Positions 54,252-63,506 of a stretch of 64,000 nucleotides of DNA are shown one piece after another. The notes below the pieces were generated by a model. The model was given only the letters and a program-made list of their open reading frames with translations, had not been told where the DNA came from and ran no database searches. Origin of the DNA: an uncultured Actinomycetes bacterium (GTDB taxonomy: Bacteria > Actinomycetota > UBA4738 > HRBIN12); NCBI GenBank assembly GCA_963816275.1, contig CAWFJU010000005.1, forward strand, positions 297,636-361,635, read 5' to 3'. Numbering within the stretch: the first letter of the stretch is position 1; the number at the start of each line of letters is the position of its first letter. The position numbers were made by a program, and so were the translations under genes.

Positions 54252-54280
54252 GCCGGCACGCTAGCATCGGGCGTCCCGAC

Positions 54281-55319
54281 ATGGAGGTCCGCCGATCCGA
54301 GCCTGGCTGCTGCACGAGGTCACCGGTCCCGAGGCCTACGCGCTCGGCGATGTCCCGACGCCCGAACCCGGGCCGCACGACGTGCGCGTCGCGCTGCGGG
54401 CGTCGGCGCTGAACCACCTCGATCTGTGGGTCGCGCGCGGCATTGCCGCGCCGCCGTCGCTCCCCCACGTGGGCGGCGCCGACGGCGCCGGGCGTCGATC
54501 GACGCGGTGGGCGCGGAGGTGGATCGGCGTCGCGCTCGGCGACGAGGTGGTGATCGACCCGTCGACCTCGTGCGGCGCCTGCGCGGCGTGCGTGCGAGGC
54601 GACGTCCCGTTCTGCGCCGGTTCGCGATCGTGGGCGAGCACCGCTGGGGTACCCACGCCGAGGCGGTCGTGGTGCCCGCGGTGAACGTCGTGCCCAAACC
54701 GGAGCGGCTGGGCTGGGTCGAGGCCGCGGCGTTCGGGCTCGTGACGTCCTCGGCGCTCCGGATGCTCCGGCGAGCACGGCTGCGCACGGGCGACCGCGTG
54801 CTCGTGATCGGGGTCGGGGGGGGCACCTCGACCGCGACGTTCCAGCTGGCGCGCGCACTCGGCGCCGAGGTCTTCGTCACGTCGACCAAGCACGACAAGC
54901 TCGCGTGGGCGCTCGAGCACGGCGCCGCGGGAGGGTTCGACTCGTCCGGCGACTTCGACCGGGCGGTGCGCGAGGCGACCGACGGTCGCGGGGTCGACAT
55001 CGTCGTCGACAACGTCGGGCCCGGCGACGTTCGAGCGGTCCGTGCGGTCCCTGGCGCGCGGCGGCCGGCTCGTCACGAACGGCTCGACCAGCGGGCGCAC
55101 CGCCGAGCTCCACCTGCCCACGCTCTTCTGGCGTCAGCTCGAGGTGATCGGCGCCACGATGAACGACCACCGGGAGTTCGCCGACGCCGTCGGCATGGTC
55201 GACCGGGGCGAGGTCGAGCCCGTCCCGGTGGACTCGTCGTTCGCGTTCGACGACTTCCGGTGGCGCTCGCACGTCTCGACGCCGGCGATCAGCTCGGCAA
55301 GATCGTCCTCGAGCGCTGA
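54281..55319 (+). pseudogene. quinone oxidoreductase / Zn-ADH-family (MDR) protein, with 2 or more frame changes and an uncertain start
   Basis: AWLLHEVTGPEAYALGDVPTPEPGPHDVRVALRASALNHLDLWVARG, VLVIGVGGGTSTATFQLARALGAEVFVTS, and a C-terminal LGKIVLE. Confidence 0.6.
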
Positions 55320-55346
55320 CGCGCGATCCGCCGCATACGGTGGAGC

Positions 55347-56095
55347 TCACGCATCGGGATAGAGCGAACGGAGCGCCGCGGGGACCTGCGAGAGGAATCC
55401 CGAGGCCGTCGCGAGCACGGACTCCAGCCGCCACGGCTCCACGCGGTCGGCGAAGACGAGGAGCCGCCCGTCCGCGACCTGGAATCCGACCCCCGCGGCG
55501 ACCTCCATGAGCCAGACCATCATCCGTTGCGAGAGCAACGCCGAGGCGAAGCGTCCGTCCTCGCAGAGGACCCGGTAGTCGCGGTTGAACCGCTCGAGCT
55601 CGAGATCGACCTCCGGGGCGCCGACCGCCTCGGTGAACGCCGTGATCGCGCGCTGTGGCTCGATCACGACGTCCGGCCAGGACGCCGGGACCGGCGTCAG
55701 GACGCAGGTGAACCGCTCGTAATCGTTGCGGGATGGATCGCTCCCGACCGCGTACCAGTACTCAACGCCTCGACGCTCGAGTCCGTTCCACTTGCCCCAG
55801 GTGACGTGCTCGAGCCCACGGACGTGGACCACGCGATGCAGGAGCGGATGACGGAGCGAGAGGAGGTCGTCGGGATCCTCGAACGAGTACCGGAGCCCAG
55901 CCGCCGCGCCTCGGCCGCGTACGCGTCGGCACGAGGCCGATCGAGCAGCCACCTGCGGCCAACGAGGAAGCCGGCGACCGTCCCTCCGATGAGCCCGACG
56001 GCGAGCGCCTGCCGCGGCTCACCGACGACGAGCAGGAGCACGGCCGTGCCCGCGAGGAGCCATACCAAGAGCTTCCGCGCCGTCGAGGCCCGCAC
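55347..56095 (-). CDS. membrane-anchored hypothetical protein, one frame change near 55940
   Basis: An N-terminal TM (LLVWLLAGTAVLLLVVG), then a soluble domain (LRYSFEDPDDLLSLRHPLLHRVVHVRGLEHVTWGKW...). Confidence 0.4.
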
Positions 56096-56121
56096 CTCGT
56101 GAGCCTAGTCCCACTCGGGTC

Positions 56122-56148
56122 GGGAACCCGTCAGGCCGCCGGTGCGTC
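56122..56148 (+). promoter_or_regulatory. ECF-type promoter GGGAAC-N17-CGTC upstream of the sigma gene (autoregulatory candidate)
   Basis: GGGAAC at 56122-56127 and CGTC at 56145-56148 with a 17-nt spacer, about 80 nt upstream of the GTG at 56227. Confidence 0.5.
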
Positions 56149-56226
56149 CAACGCCTGTCACAACGGACCCGCCTCGCGGTATGTGGGTGTAGAACCGACC
56201 CGCGAGGACCCCGACGAAGGGACACC

Positions 56227-56815
56227 CGTGCCGGACCAGCGCACCGATACCGAGCTCCTGCTCGCATCCCGGGACGAACCCGACGCGTTCACCGAGCTCT
56301 ATCGGCGACACGCGGAGGATCTGCTCCGGTACTTCGCGCGCCGCACGCTGGATCCCGAGACGGCGGCCGAGCTGACGGCCGAGACCTTCGCCGAAGCCTT
56401 CGCCTCACGGCAGACCTACACGGACAAGGGGGTGAACGGCGTGGCGTGGATCTACGGCATCGCCCGGCATCGTCTGGGGCGCTTCTTCCGACACGGACGG
56501 GTCGACGCGAGCGCTCGCCGTCGCCTCGGCATGCCGGAGCGAGAGCTTCCGCCCGAGGACTACGAACGCATCGAGGACCTCATCGACTTCGCGCCGATCC
56601 GCGAGGCGCTCTCCGAGGCCCTGGAGACCCTGAGCCCCGATCAGCGCGACGCGATGACGCTGCGCGTGATCGACGAGCTGGCCTACCCCGAGGTCGCCGA
56701 CCGGCTCGGCTGCAGCGAGGCGAACGCCCGCCAGCGCGTGAGCCGCGGCCTCCGGAAGGTGGCCCTGACGCTGCAGGAGCGCGGGATGCAGCTGACCACG
56801 GAGGTCGAGGCATGA
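56227..56815 (+). CDS. ECF-family RNA polymerase sigma factor
   Basis: Region 2 (FTELYRRHAEDLLRYFARR...AELTAETFAEAF) and region 4 (MTLRVIDELAYPEVADRLGCSEANARQRVSRGLRKV). Confidence 0.8.
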
Positions 56816-57942
56816 ACACGGACATCCGATTCCTGCAGCAGCTCGAGGACGACCTGACCGAGGCCGCGGCGCGCGAGACCGCCGTGCTCGAGGACTCCGG
56901 GTCCGGCTCGAGGTCTGACGACGATCGCTCGCGCCACCTTCCCCGGCGCGAGCGGCATTGGGGCGCGATCGCGGCGGGACTCGTGGCCTTCCTCGTGCTG
57001 GCGGGCAGCATCGGGTTCCTGAGCCAGAACACGGCGCAGGATGCGTCGACGGCGAGCGGCGCCGCGTTCGGGTCCCGGGAGGCCGCCGAGGCGCCGGCGG
57101 CCCAGGCCAGTCCAGCCCCGACAGCGCCCACCGATAAGGGGGCCTTCGAAGGCTTCGGCGGAGCAGGGACCCGTCCCGATACCTTGACCAGCGGCGGTGT
57201 CACCTACGACACGGCCAGCGGCGGCGACGCCAGCCCGCGCCCGGCCGTCCCCGCGACCCAGCAGCAGGGCGACCTCTCGAAGATCGTCCGCGACGGGCGC
57301 ATCGCGATCGTGGTACCTGACGGAGACTTCGAGACATCACTGACGAGCGTGTCGCGGATCGCCACGAGCCTCGGCGGCTTCGTCCTCACGTCGTCCACGC
57401 AGGACCAGAACACCGGCACCTTGACGCTCCGGATCCCGGCGAAGAAGTTCGACGTCGCGATGGAGCGGCTGCGGGGGATCGGCGAGGTCCAAGCCGACGA
57501 TGTCACGGGCCAGGACGTCACGGCCGAGTTCATCGACCAGACCGCCCGCCTCCAGATCCTGCTCGACCGCCGGGACCTGCTGCAGGGCCTCCAGAACGAG
57601 GCCACGACGTCGCAGGAGATCCTCCGGCTCGCCGGCCTGATCGAGCAGACCCAGCTGGAGATCGAGAAGACCCAGGGACAGCTCCGCTACCTGAAGGACC
57701 AGGTGGCCGAGTCGACCATCAAGGTCGAGCTCCGTGAGCGGCACGCGCCGCAGGAGGACCCGGCGCCCACCACCGACAACCCGAGCCTCGCCGACGCGAT
57801 CCGGCTCGGGTGGGAAGGCTTCCTCCGGGTCGTGGGCGCCATGATCGTGGGGCTCGGGTACCTGGTGCCGATCGCGCTGATCGGGCTGGCGATCTGGGGG
57901 ATCGTCACGCTGGTGCGGCGTCGACGTCGCGAAGCCAGCTGA
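56812..57942 (+). CDS. DUF4349-like membrane protein, ATGA-coupled to the ECF sigma gene (putative anti-sigma factor or partner)
   Basis: A single TM (WGAIAAGLVAFLVLAGSIGFL), a low-complexity linker, a DUF4349-like C-terminal domain (RIAIVVPDGDFETSLTSVSRIATSLGGFVL...TLTLRIPAKKFD) and a C-terminal TM. Confidence 0.6.
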   Translation: MNTDIRFLQQLEDDLTEAAARETAVLEDSGSGSRSDDDRSRHLPRRERHWGAIAAGLVAFLVLAGSIGFLSQNTAQDASTASGAAFGSREAAEAPAAQASPAPTAPTDKGAFEGFGGAGTRPDTLTSGGVTYDTASGGDASPRPAVPATQQQGDLSKIVRDGRIAIVVPDGDFETSLTSVSRIATSLGGFVLTSSTQDQNTGTLTLRIPAKKFDVAMERLRGIGEVQADDVTGQDVTAEFIDQTARLQILLDRRDLLQGLQNEATTSQEILRLAGLIEQTQLEIEKTQGQLRYLKDQVAESTIKVELRERHAPQEDPAPTTDNPSLADAIRLGWEGFLRVVGAMIVGLGYLVPIALIGLAIWGIVTLVRRRRREAS

Positions 57943-58471
57943 GCGCCCGGAACCGTTCGGCCGCCGTCGAGGCCACCGCGGCATCCTCCCCGTCGCGGCC
58001 CTCGGTGGCGCCGAACCACGCGTCGGCCTCCATCCAGGCTGCCTCGATCTCGTCGTCGGGCCGCAGCCGGCCCTCGGTCCGGAACGCGTCGACCGATCCG
58101 TAGCGGGTGACCGCGGCATCCAGGTCGTGCGCGGGGAACTCTTCCCCGTAGGGCGCCATCTCCTCGAGGTGGCCGAGCGACCAGAGCAGGATGCCGAGGG
58201 CCTCACGCCGCCAGAGCGCGTCGTCGATCGCGGGCTTCGGCCACGCCCCGGACGCCGCCTCGAAGAGCCGGCGTTCGGTCTCGGTGAGCGCTTCCGTCAG
58301 CGACTCTCGTTCCAGCCAGCGGTCGGTCTCCACGCGAGCTGCCTCGGCCTGCGCGATCCGGGAGGGCTCGTGATCGAACTCGCCGAGGGCCAGCTCGATC
58401 GTGGCCCGCCGGGCGAACGCGTAGAGCACGAGCGCCCGGTCGGCGATCTCGGCGGGGGTCGCGCGGGTCAT
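57905..58471 (-). CDS. hypothetical protein (188 aa)
   Basis: A clean ORF starting MTRATPAEIADRALVLYAF. No motif recognised. Confidence 0.4.
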   Translation of the reverse strand: MTRATPAEIADRALVLYAFARRATIELALGEFDHEPSRIAQAEAARVETDRWLERESLTEALTETERRLFEAASGAWPKPAIDDALWRREALGILLWSLGHLEEMAPYGEEFPAHDLDAAVTRYGSVDAFRTEGRLRPDDEIEAAWMEADAWFGATEGRDGEDAAVASTAAERFRALSWLRDVDAAPA

Positions 58472-58487
58472 TGGAGGCGGACCCCGG

Positions 58488-59084
58488 TCACATCTCGCGG
58501 CGGCCCTCGAGCGCCTGCGAGAGGGTGACCTCGTCGGCGTACTCGAGGTCGCCACCGACCGGCAGACCGCTCGCGAGCCGCGTGACGCGGATCCCGAGCG
58601 GCTTCAACAACGCCGCCACGTACATCGCGGTGGCGTTCCCCTCGAGGTTCGGGTTGGTCGCGAGGATCACCTCCTGCACGTGGTCGCGCTCGACCCGGTC
58701 CAGCAACTCTTGCACGCGGAGGTCGTCTGGACCGATACCGTCGAGCGGGCTGATCGCGCCGCCGAGGATGTGGAACCGCCCGTGGATCAGGGCCGCCTTC
58801 TCGAGGGTGGCGGCGTCCTTCGGCTCCTCCACGACGCAGAGCTGGGTACGGTCGCGCGACTCGTCTCGACAGATGCGACAGAGATCGCCCTCGGCGACGT
58901 TGCCGCACTCGCGACAGAAGAAGATCCGCTCCTTGGCCTGGATGATCGCCTGCGCGAGGCGCTTCGCGTCGTCGATCGGCGCCTTGACCAGCCAGAACGC
59001 GAGCCGCTGGGCGGACTTTGGGCCGACGCCGGGCAGGCGCGCCAGCTCGTCGATCAGCTCCTGGATCGGGCCCTCGTACGCCAC
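58488..59084 (-). CDS. recR: recombination protein RecR
   Basis: HhH ([17 protein letters not shown]), a C4 zinc finger ([16 protein letters not shown]), and a Toprim domain. Intact. Confidence 0.95.
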   Translation of the reverse strand: MAYEGPIQELIDELARLPGVGPKSAQRLAFWLVKAPIDDAKRLAQAIIQAKERIFFCRECGNVAEGDLCRICRDESRDRTQLCVVEEPKDAATLEKAALIHGRFHILGGAISPLDGIGPDDLRVQELLDRVERDHVQEVILATNPNLEGNATAMYVAALLKPLGIRVTRLASGLPVGGDLEYADEVTLSQALEGRREM

Positions 59085-59087
59085 GAG

Positions 59088-60965
59088 CTACCCCGCATCT
59101 CCGGATGGCTCCGCCGGCGTGGCGCCGAACATCTCCTGCACACGGCGGAGCGCCTCGGCCTCGTCGGGCACATCTTCCTCGTCGACGACCTCGACCGAGG
59201 CGACGCCGCCGGCCGGCTCACGAGCCTCGCGGACCACGCACGTGATCGCCGGCGAGATGCCGAACAGGTCCTTGAGCGCGCCTCGCAGGTCGTCCTGCCG
59301 CTCGGCGACCTTCTGCGGGCCGACCTTGCGGTCGGGCGGGAAGGCGAGTTCGAGGGTCTCGCCGTCGTAGGCGCTCACGGTCGCCGACTCCAGGATCGCC
59401 TTCAGGATCATCTGGCGACTCGTGCCGAGGTGGTCGATCAGCGCCGGCCAGGATCGGCGCAGCATCGTGACGTCGACACTGCCGGCGTCGGCCGCGTGCG
59501 GAACCGGCATCTGGGTCGCGGGACCGGAGGGCTCGGGCACCGCCTCGGGCTCCGCCTCTGGCTCGGACGCTCCCTCGGGATGGGTGCTTGACTCAGGCTC
59601 GGCGGCCGGCTCGGGCGCCACCGCGTCGACGATCACGACGTCGTCGTCAGAACCCTGCTGCTCCCCCGGCGCCTCGGCGACCGGTGCCGGCTCGGGGACC
59701 TCGATGGGCTCCGCCGGTGCGGGCACCTCGACGTCGTCCGCGGGACTCGGAGGGCGTGCGCGGGCCGAGGTCGCCGATGCCGGCGGCACCAGGGAGCCGG
59801 CCTCGAGGTTGGCGAGTCGCTCCAGCCGCTCGAGCCGTGCGACCAACCCCGCCGGACTCGGGTCGGTATCGGGGATCGTCGCCCGTACGAGCGCGAGCTC
59901 GAGCGAGATCCTCGGCGAGGTCGTCCAGCGCATGTCCTGCTGCGCGGCCAGCAGCAGGGAGATCACGCGCGCCAGCTCTCCCGGGGTGAACTTCTCGGCC
60001 TGGATCCGCAGGGCGTCGTAGGCGTCGGCCGCCACGTCGATCAGGTCCTGCTGCCCGGGCGCGGTCTTGACGAGCAGCAGGTTCCGGAAGTGCACGAGCG
60101 CCTCGGCCGTGACGTTGCGGAGGTCCTGGCCGTCCTGCACGAGCCGGTCGACCACCACGAACGCGGTGCGCGCGTCGCCCACCGCGACGGCGTCGGCCAG
60201 CTCGTGCTGGACCTCGGCGTGCGGGGCGCCGAGCAGGGCCCGGATCGCGTCGTCGTCGATCGTCGCGCCGCCCAGCACGCTCGCCTGATCCAGCAGTGAG
60301 ATCGCGTCGCGCGCCGATCCCTCGGCCTGGCGCGCGATCGTGTGCGCGGCCGAGGGCTCGAGCGTCACGCCCTCCCGCTTCGCGATGTCGGAGAGGTGCT
60401 CGGCGAGCTGCTCCATCGAGAGCCGCCGGAAATCGAACCGCTGACACCGACCGACGATCGTGGGCGGCATCTTGTGGGGCTCGGTCGTCGCGAGCACGAA
60501 CCGGACACCGGCGGGCGGCTCCTCGAAGACCTTCAGCAGGGCATCGAACGCCTCTCGAGAGAGCCGCTGCGCCTCGTCGATGATGTAGACCTTCTCCCGA
60601 CCTTGCACGGGCGCGGTCGGCGCCTTCTCGCGGAGCTCTCGAGCGTCCTCCACGCCACCGTGCGACGCGGCGTCGATCTCGACGACGTCGAGGTGCGTGC
60701 CCTCGCGGATCGTGACGCACTGCGAGCACACGCCGCACGGCTCGGCCGTGGGTCCCTGCTCGCAGTTGACCATTTTCGCCAGGATCCGCGCGGTGGAGGT
60801 CTTGCCCGTCCCGCGAGGCCCGCAGAACAGGAACGCGTGATGGAGGCGACCCTCGCGGATCGCACCGGTGAGCGCGCGCACCACGTGGTCCTGGCCGAGG
60901 ACCTCCGTTGGCGTCTGCGGCCGGTACCGGCGGTACAGGGCCTGATGCTGCTTCTCGTCCGCCAC
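59088..60965 (-). CDS. dnaX: DNA polymerase III subunit gamma/tau
   Basis: Walker A GPRGTGKTSTARILAK, a zinc module CEQGPTAEPCGVCSQC, Walker B YIIDEAQ, and SRC. Intact at 625 aa. Confidence 0.95.
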   Translation of the reverse strand: MADEKQHQALYRRYRPQTPTEVLGQDHVVRALTGAIREGRLHHAFLFCGPRGTGKTSTARILAKMVNCEQGPTAEPCGVCSQCVTIREGTHLDVVEIDAASHGGVEDARELREKAPTAPVQGREKVYIIDEAQRLSREAFDALLKVFEEPPAGVRFVLATTEPHKMPPTIVGRCQRFDFRRLSMEQLAEHLSDIAKREGVTLEPSAAHTIARQAEGSARDAISLLDQASVLGGATIDDDAIRALLGAPHAEVQHELADAVAVGDARTAFVVVDRLVQDGQDLRNVTAEALVHFRNLLLVKTAPGQQDLIDVAADAYDALRIQAEKFTPGELARVISLLLAAQQDMRWTTSPRISLELALVRATIPDTDPSPAGLVARLERLERLANLEAGSLVPPASATSARARPPSPADDVEVPAPAEPIEVPEPAPVAEAPGEQQGSDDDVVIVDAVAPEPAAEPESSTHPEGASEPEAEPEAVPEPSGPATQMPVPHAADAGSVDVTMLRRSWPALIDHLGTSRQMILKAILESATVSAYDGETLELAFPPDRKVGPQKVAERQDDLRGALKDLFGISPAITCVVREAREPAGGVASVEVVDEEDVPDEAEALRRVQEMFGATPAEPSGDAG

Positions 60966-61074
60966 TCGCTGCCTTTCCGCGCCCGGGGCGCTCCCCTCTC
61001 ACCGAGGAAGGAAGTGTGGCCGTGCACCCGCCTCCGACCACGGACGACTCGGACGTTTCCTCGTCACGGGGCTC

Positions 61075-61270
61075 CAGCCAGGCATCCCTACGGCACCCAC
61101 CAGGCTCCGCTTACGGCTGCTTCCTTCCGGACCTGACCGGGTTCGCGGTCTGGAGTCGCGTAGGACCCGACCTTCAACGCTCCGTGGCAAGGGCTGCCCC
61201 GGACCATCCGGGCCTCGGGCGGGGATTCAGCCCCGCTGAAGCGGATCGCGGGTTACAGGGCACCGCTGGC
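61075..61270 (-). ncRNA. ffs: signal recognition particle RNA (ffs). The domain IV core is certain; a possible 5' Alu-like extension makes the full extent uncertain.
   Basis: The minus strand reads GGUCAGGUCCGGAAGGAAGCAGCC (the helix 8 / domain IV consensus). It is flanked by pairing segments CCUACG...CGUAGG and CCAG/CUGG, CCGC/GCGG. The upstream structured region has a GGUGCCCUGUAACCC motif. This is the classic position upstream of dnaX. Confidence 0.7.
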
Positions 61271-61477
61271 TCCCCACCTAGCACGGCCACGCGGGGAGTA
61301 TACGCGGGGCGCCCGACAGGTCAGCAGGCGCCGAGGTGGCCCCCACACGAACCGACGCTCGCCTCGCTTGCCTCCGGCCGCCCGCGTGCGTTTCGGGGAA
61401 CCTGTGCGTCCCTCCGAGGCGTCCAAGAAGCGTCACTCGCCCGGCCGGCGACCCGCACCGACCGACAAGGAGGACCC

Positions 61478-61978
61478 ATGCAGACCCGAACCCGCGTCAC
61501 CGTGGCAGCGTTGCTCGCCGTCGCCGTGCTCGCGACCGCCGGGATCGCCGGCGCGCTCGCCGATCCCGGGCAGGAGTGCGGCGAACAGGTCCACGGCACC
61601 GGACCCGACGCCACCGTCTCGTACACGGTGTGTCCGGGCGACCCCGGCCAGAGTCCGGAACCGGGGCCGGGCCCGCAGGTCGTGGAACCGTCGCCCGGGA
61701 TGGCGAACGTCCGGGCGCGCCCCTTCGATCTGGCGACCGTCGGTGACGACGACCGAACCGTGACGATCGACTTCTGGAGCGGGATCGAGCCGTGCACCGT
61801 GCTCGACCATGTCGCCGTCGACTACGGCATCCACGACGTCACGATCACGCTCTTCGAGGGCAACGACCCCAACGCGGGCGACGTCGCCTGCATCGAGATC
61901 GCCGTCCAGAAGCAGGTCGTGATCGTCCTCGACGAACCGCTCGGCGGGCGCACGATCGTTGACGGCGCGGCGGCCTGA
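61478..61978 (+). CDS. secreted small protein of unknown function
   Basis: RBS AAGGAGG. Signal peptide MQTRTRVTVAALLAVAVLATAGIAGA. Four Cys residues. Confidence 0.5.
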   Translation: MQTRTRVTVAALLAVAVLATAGIAGALADPGQECGEQVHGTGPDATVSYTVCPGDPGQSPEPGPGPQVVEPSPGMANVRARPFDLATVGDDDRTVTIDFWSGIEPCTVLDHVAVDYGIHDVTITLFEGNDPNAGDVACIEIAVQKQVVIVLDEPLGGRTIVDGAAA

Positions 61979-61984
61979 GTCGCG

Positions 61985-62741
61985 TCAGCTCCTGACCCAG
62001 ATCTCCCAGTCCGAGACGGCCGCGAACCCGAGCGCCTCGTACATCGGCACCGCCATGTCCGACGGGTGGAGCCACGCGAGGTCCGACGGGAAGCACCGGG
62101 CCGCGCGGACGGTGAGCGCGGCGCCGATCCCTCGGCGCCGCGCTCCGGGCACGACCGCGACGCCCATCACGCTCACGGCCGCGCGGACGAAGTAGCCGGC
62201 CGAGATCCCCACGGGGTCGTCGCCCTCCCACGCCACGAAGGTCCGCACGCCGTCGACCCCGCGGGCCCCCGCGCCGTAGAACGCCATCCCCACAGCTGGG
62301 TCGTCGTCGAAGGCCGCCACCCCGACGGCGACCAGCGCCCCGACGTCGGCATCGGTCGTCACCGGGCGGATATCTACCCCGGCGGGCGGCGGTACATCGC
62401 CGAGCGCGGCTGGGTCGACCGCCATCGCGGGACGCTCGAGGAGCAGCGCGAGTCCCAGCTCACGCACCGCGTGGTCCACCTGCGGGTGGCGCCCGCGCTG
62501 CAGGTTCACCCCGAGGGGCTGGTCCCGCCGTACGCACTCGGCCTCCGCCAGGCGGAGGGAGCCGATCGGGACCTCGGGCTCCCGCTCGACCATGACGCCG
62601 TTCAGGGCCGGATCGGGCTGGTTCGAGAACGCGAGCACATAGCCGTCGATCTCGAGCACCTCGGCGCCCGCGACGCGTTCACGCCGCTTCCGCTCGGCGT
62701 CGACCACGCCCAGGGCGATCCGTTCCGCGGTGTCCATGGAG
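61985..62741 (-). CDS. GNAT-family acetyltransferase
   Basis: Motif A VPGARRRGIGAALTVRAA. The start codon is uncertain; the first ATG is near 62741. Confidence 0.55.
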
Positions 62742-62795
62742 CGGAGTCTGCCAGGCGCGTCGATGGCCGTCGGGAAGGCCCGGTAGCCTGTCGCG

Positions 62796-63506
62796 GTGAT
62801 CCCCGTCGACGCGGTGCTCGTGGACTTCGACGGAACGGCGTGCTCGCACGACGTCGCCGAACATCTCCTGATCGAGTTCGGTGATCCCTCCTGGCCGGAA
62901 TGGGACGAGGCCGTCGACCGAGGAGAGGTGCCGCTGCGTGAGGCGATCCTCGCCCAGAACGCGCTGCTGGGAGCCGACCGCGACACGATGCTCGCCTTCG
63001 CGCTCGAGCACTGCCCGCTCGATCCGACGTTCGTGTCGTTCTACCGGTGGCTGGCGGATCAGGACATCGCGCTGGCGATCGTGTCGGACGGGTTCGGCTT
63101 CTACATCGAGCCGATCCTCGCGGCCGCCGGCCTCGGCTCCATCACGGTGCTCTCGAACGAGCCGCGGTGGGACCGCGACGGGATGCCCGCGGGCCTCACG
63201 TTCGGACATCCGCATCCCGAATGCATCGGGTGCGGGACCTGCAAGATGCGCGCCGTCACGATGTATCGCGAGGCGCACGGGCCCGTGGCCTTCGTCGGAG
63301 AGGGCCAGACCGACCGCTACGGGGCACTCTACGCCGACGTCGTGTTCGCCAAGGACGCGCTGCCCGCCTATTGCGAGGCCGACGGCGTGCCGTACCTCGC
63401 CTGGGAGCATTTCGACGACGTACGCACCGCCCTCGAGGGACTCGAGGCCCTGCCCGGGCCGGTCGCTCCGCTAGTCTGCCCCGGATGGACGCTCCCCTCG
63501 ACCTGA
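62796..63506 (+). CDS. HAD-superfamily phosphatase (MtnX / 2-hydroxy-3-keto-5-methylthiopentenyl-1-phosphate phosphatase-like)
   Basis: DxDGT (LVDFDGTAC), motif III with K, and a C-terminal GEGQTD (DD/GD motif IV). Confidence 0.6.
   Translation: MIPVDAVLVDFDGTACSHDVAEHLLIEFGDPSWPEWDEAVDRGEVPLREAILAQNALLGADRDTMLAFALEHCPLDPTFVSFYRWLADQDIALAIVSDGFGFYIEPILAAAGLGSITVLSNEPRWDRDGMPAGLTFGHPHPECIGCGTCKMRAVTMYREAHGPVAFVGEGQTDRYGALYADVVFAKDALPAYCEADGVPYLAWEHFDDVRTALEGLEALPGPVAPLVCPGWTLPST

Noticed and set aside
59084-59088. Expected ybaB/ebfC gene between dnaX and recR
   Set aside because: Only 3 nt separate the recR start and the dnaX stop, so there is no room for a gene. I recorded this as an absence under the SRP RNA finding.
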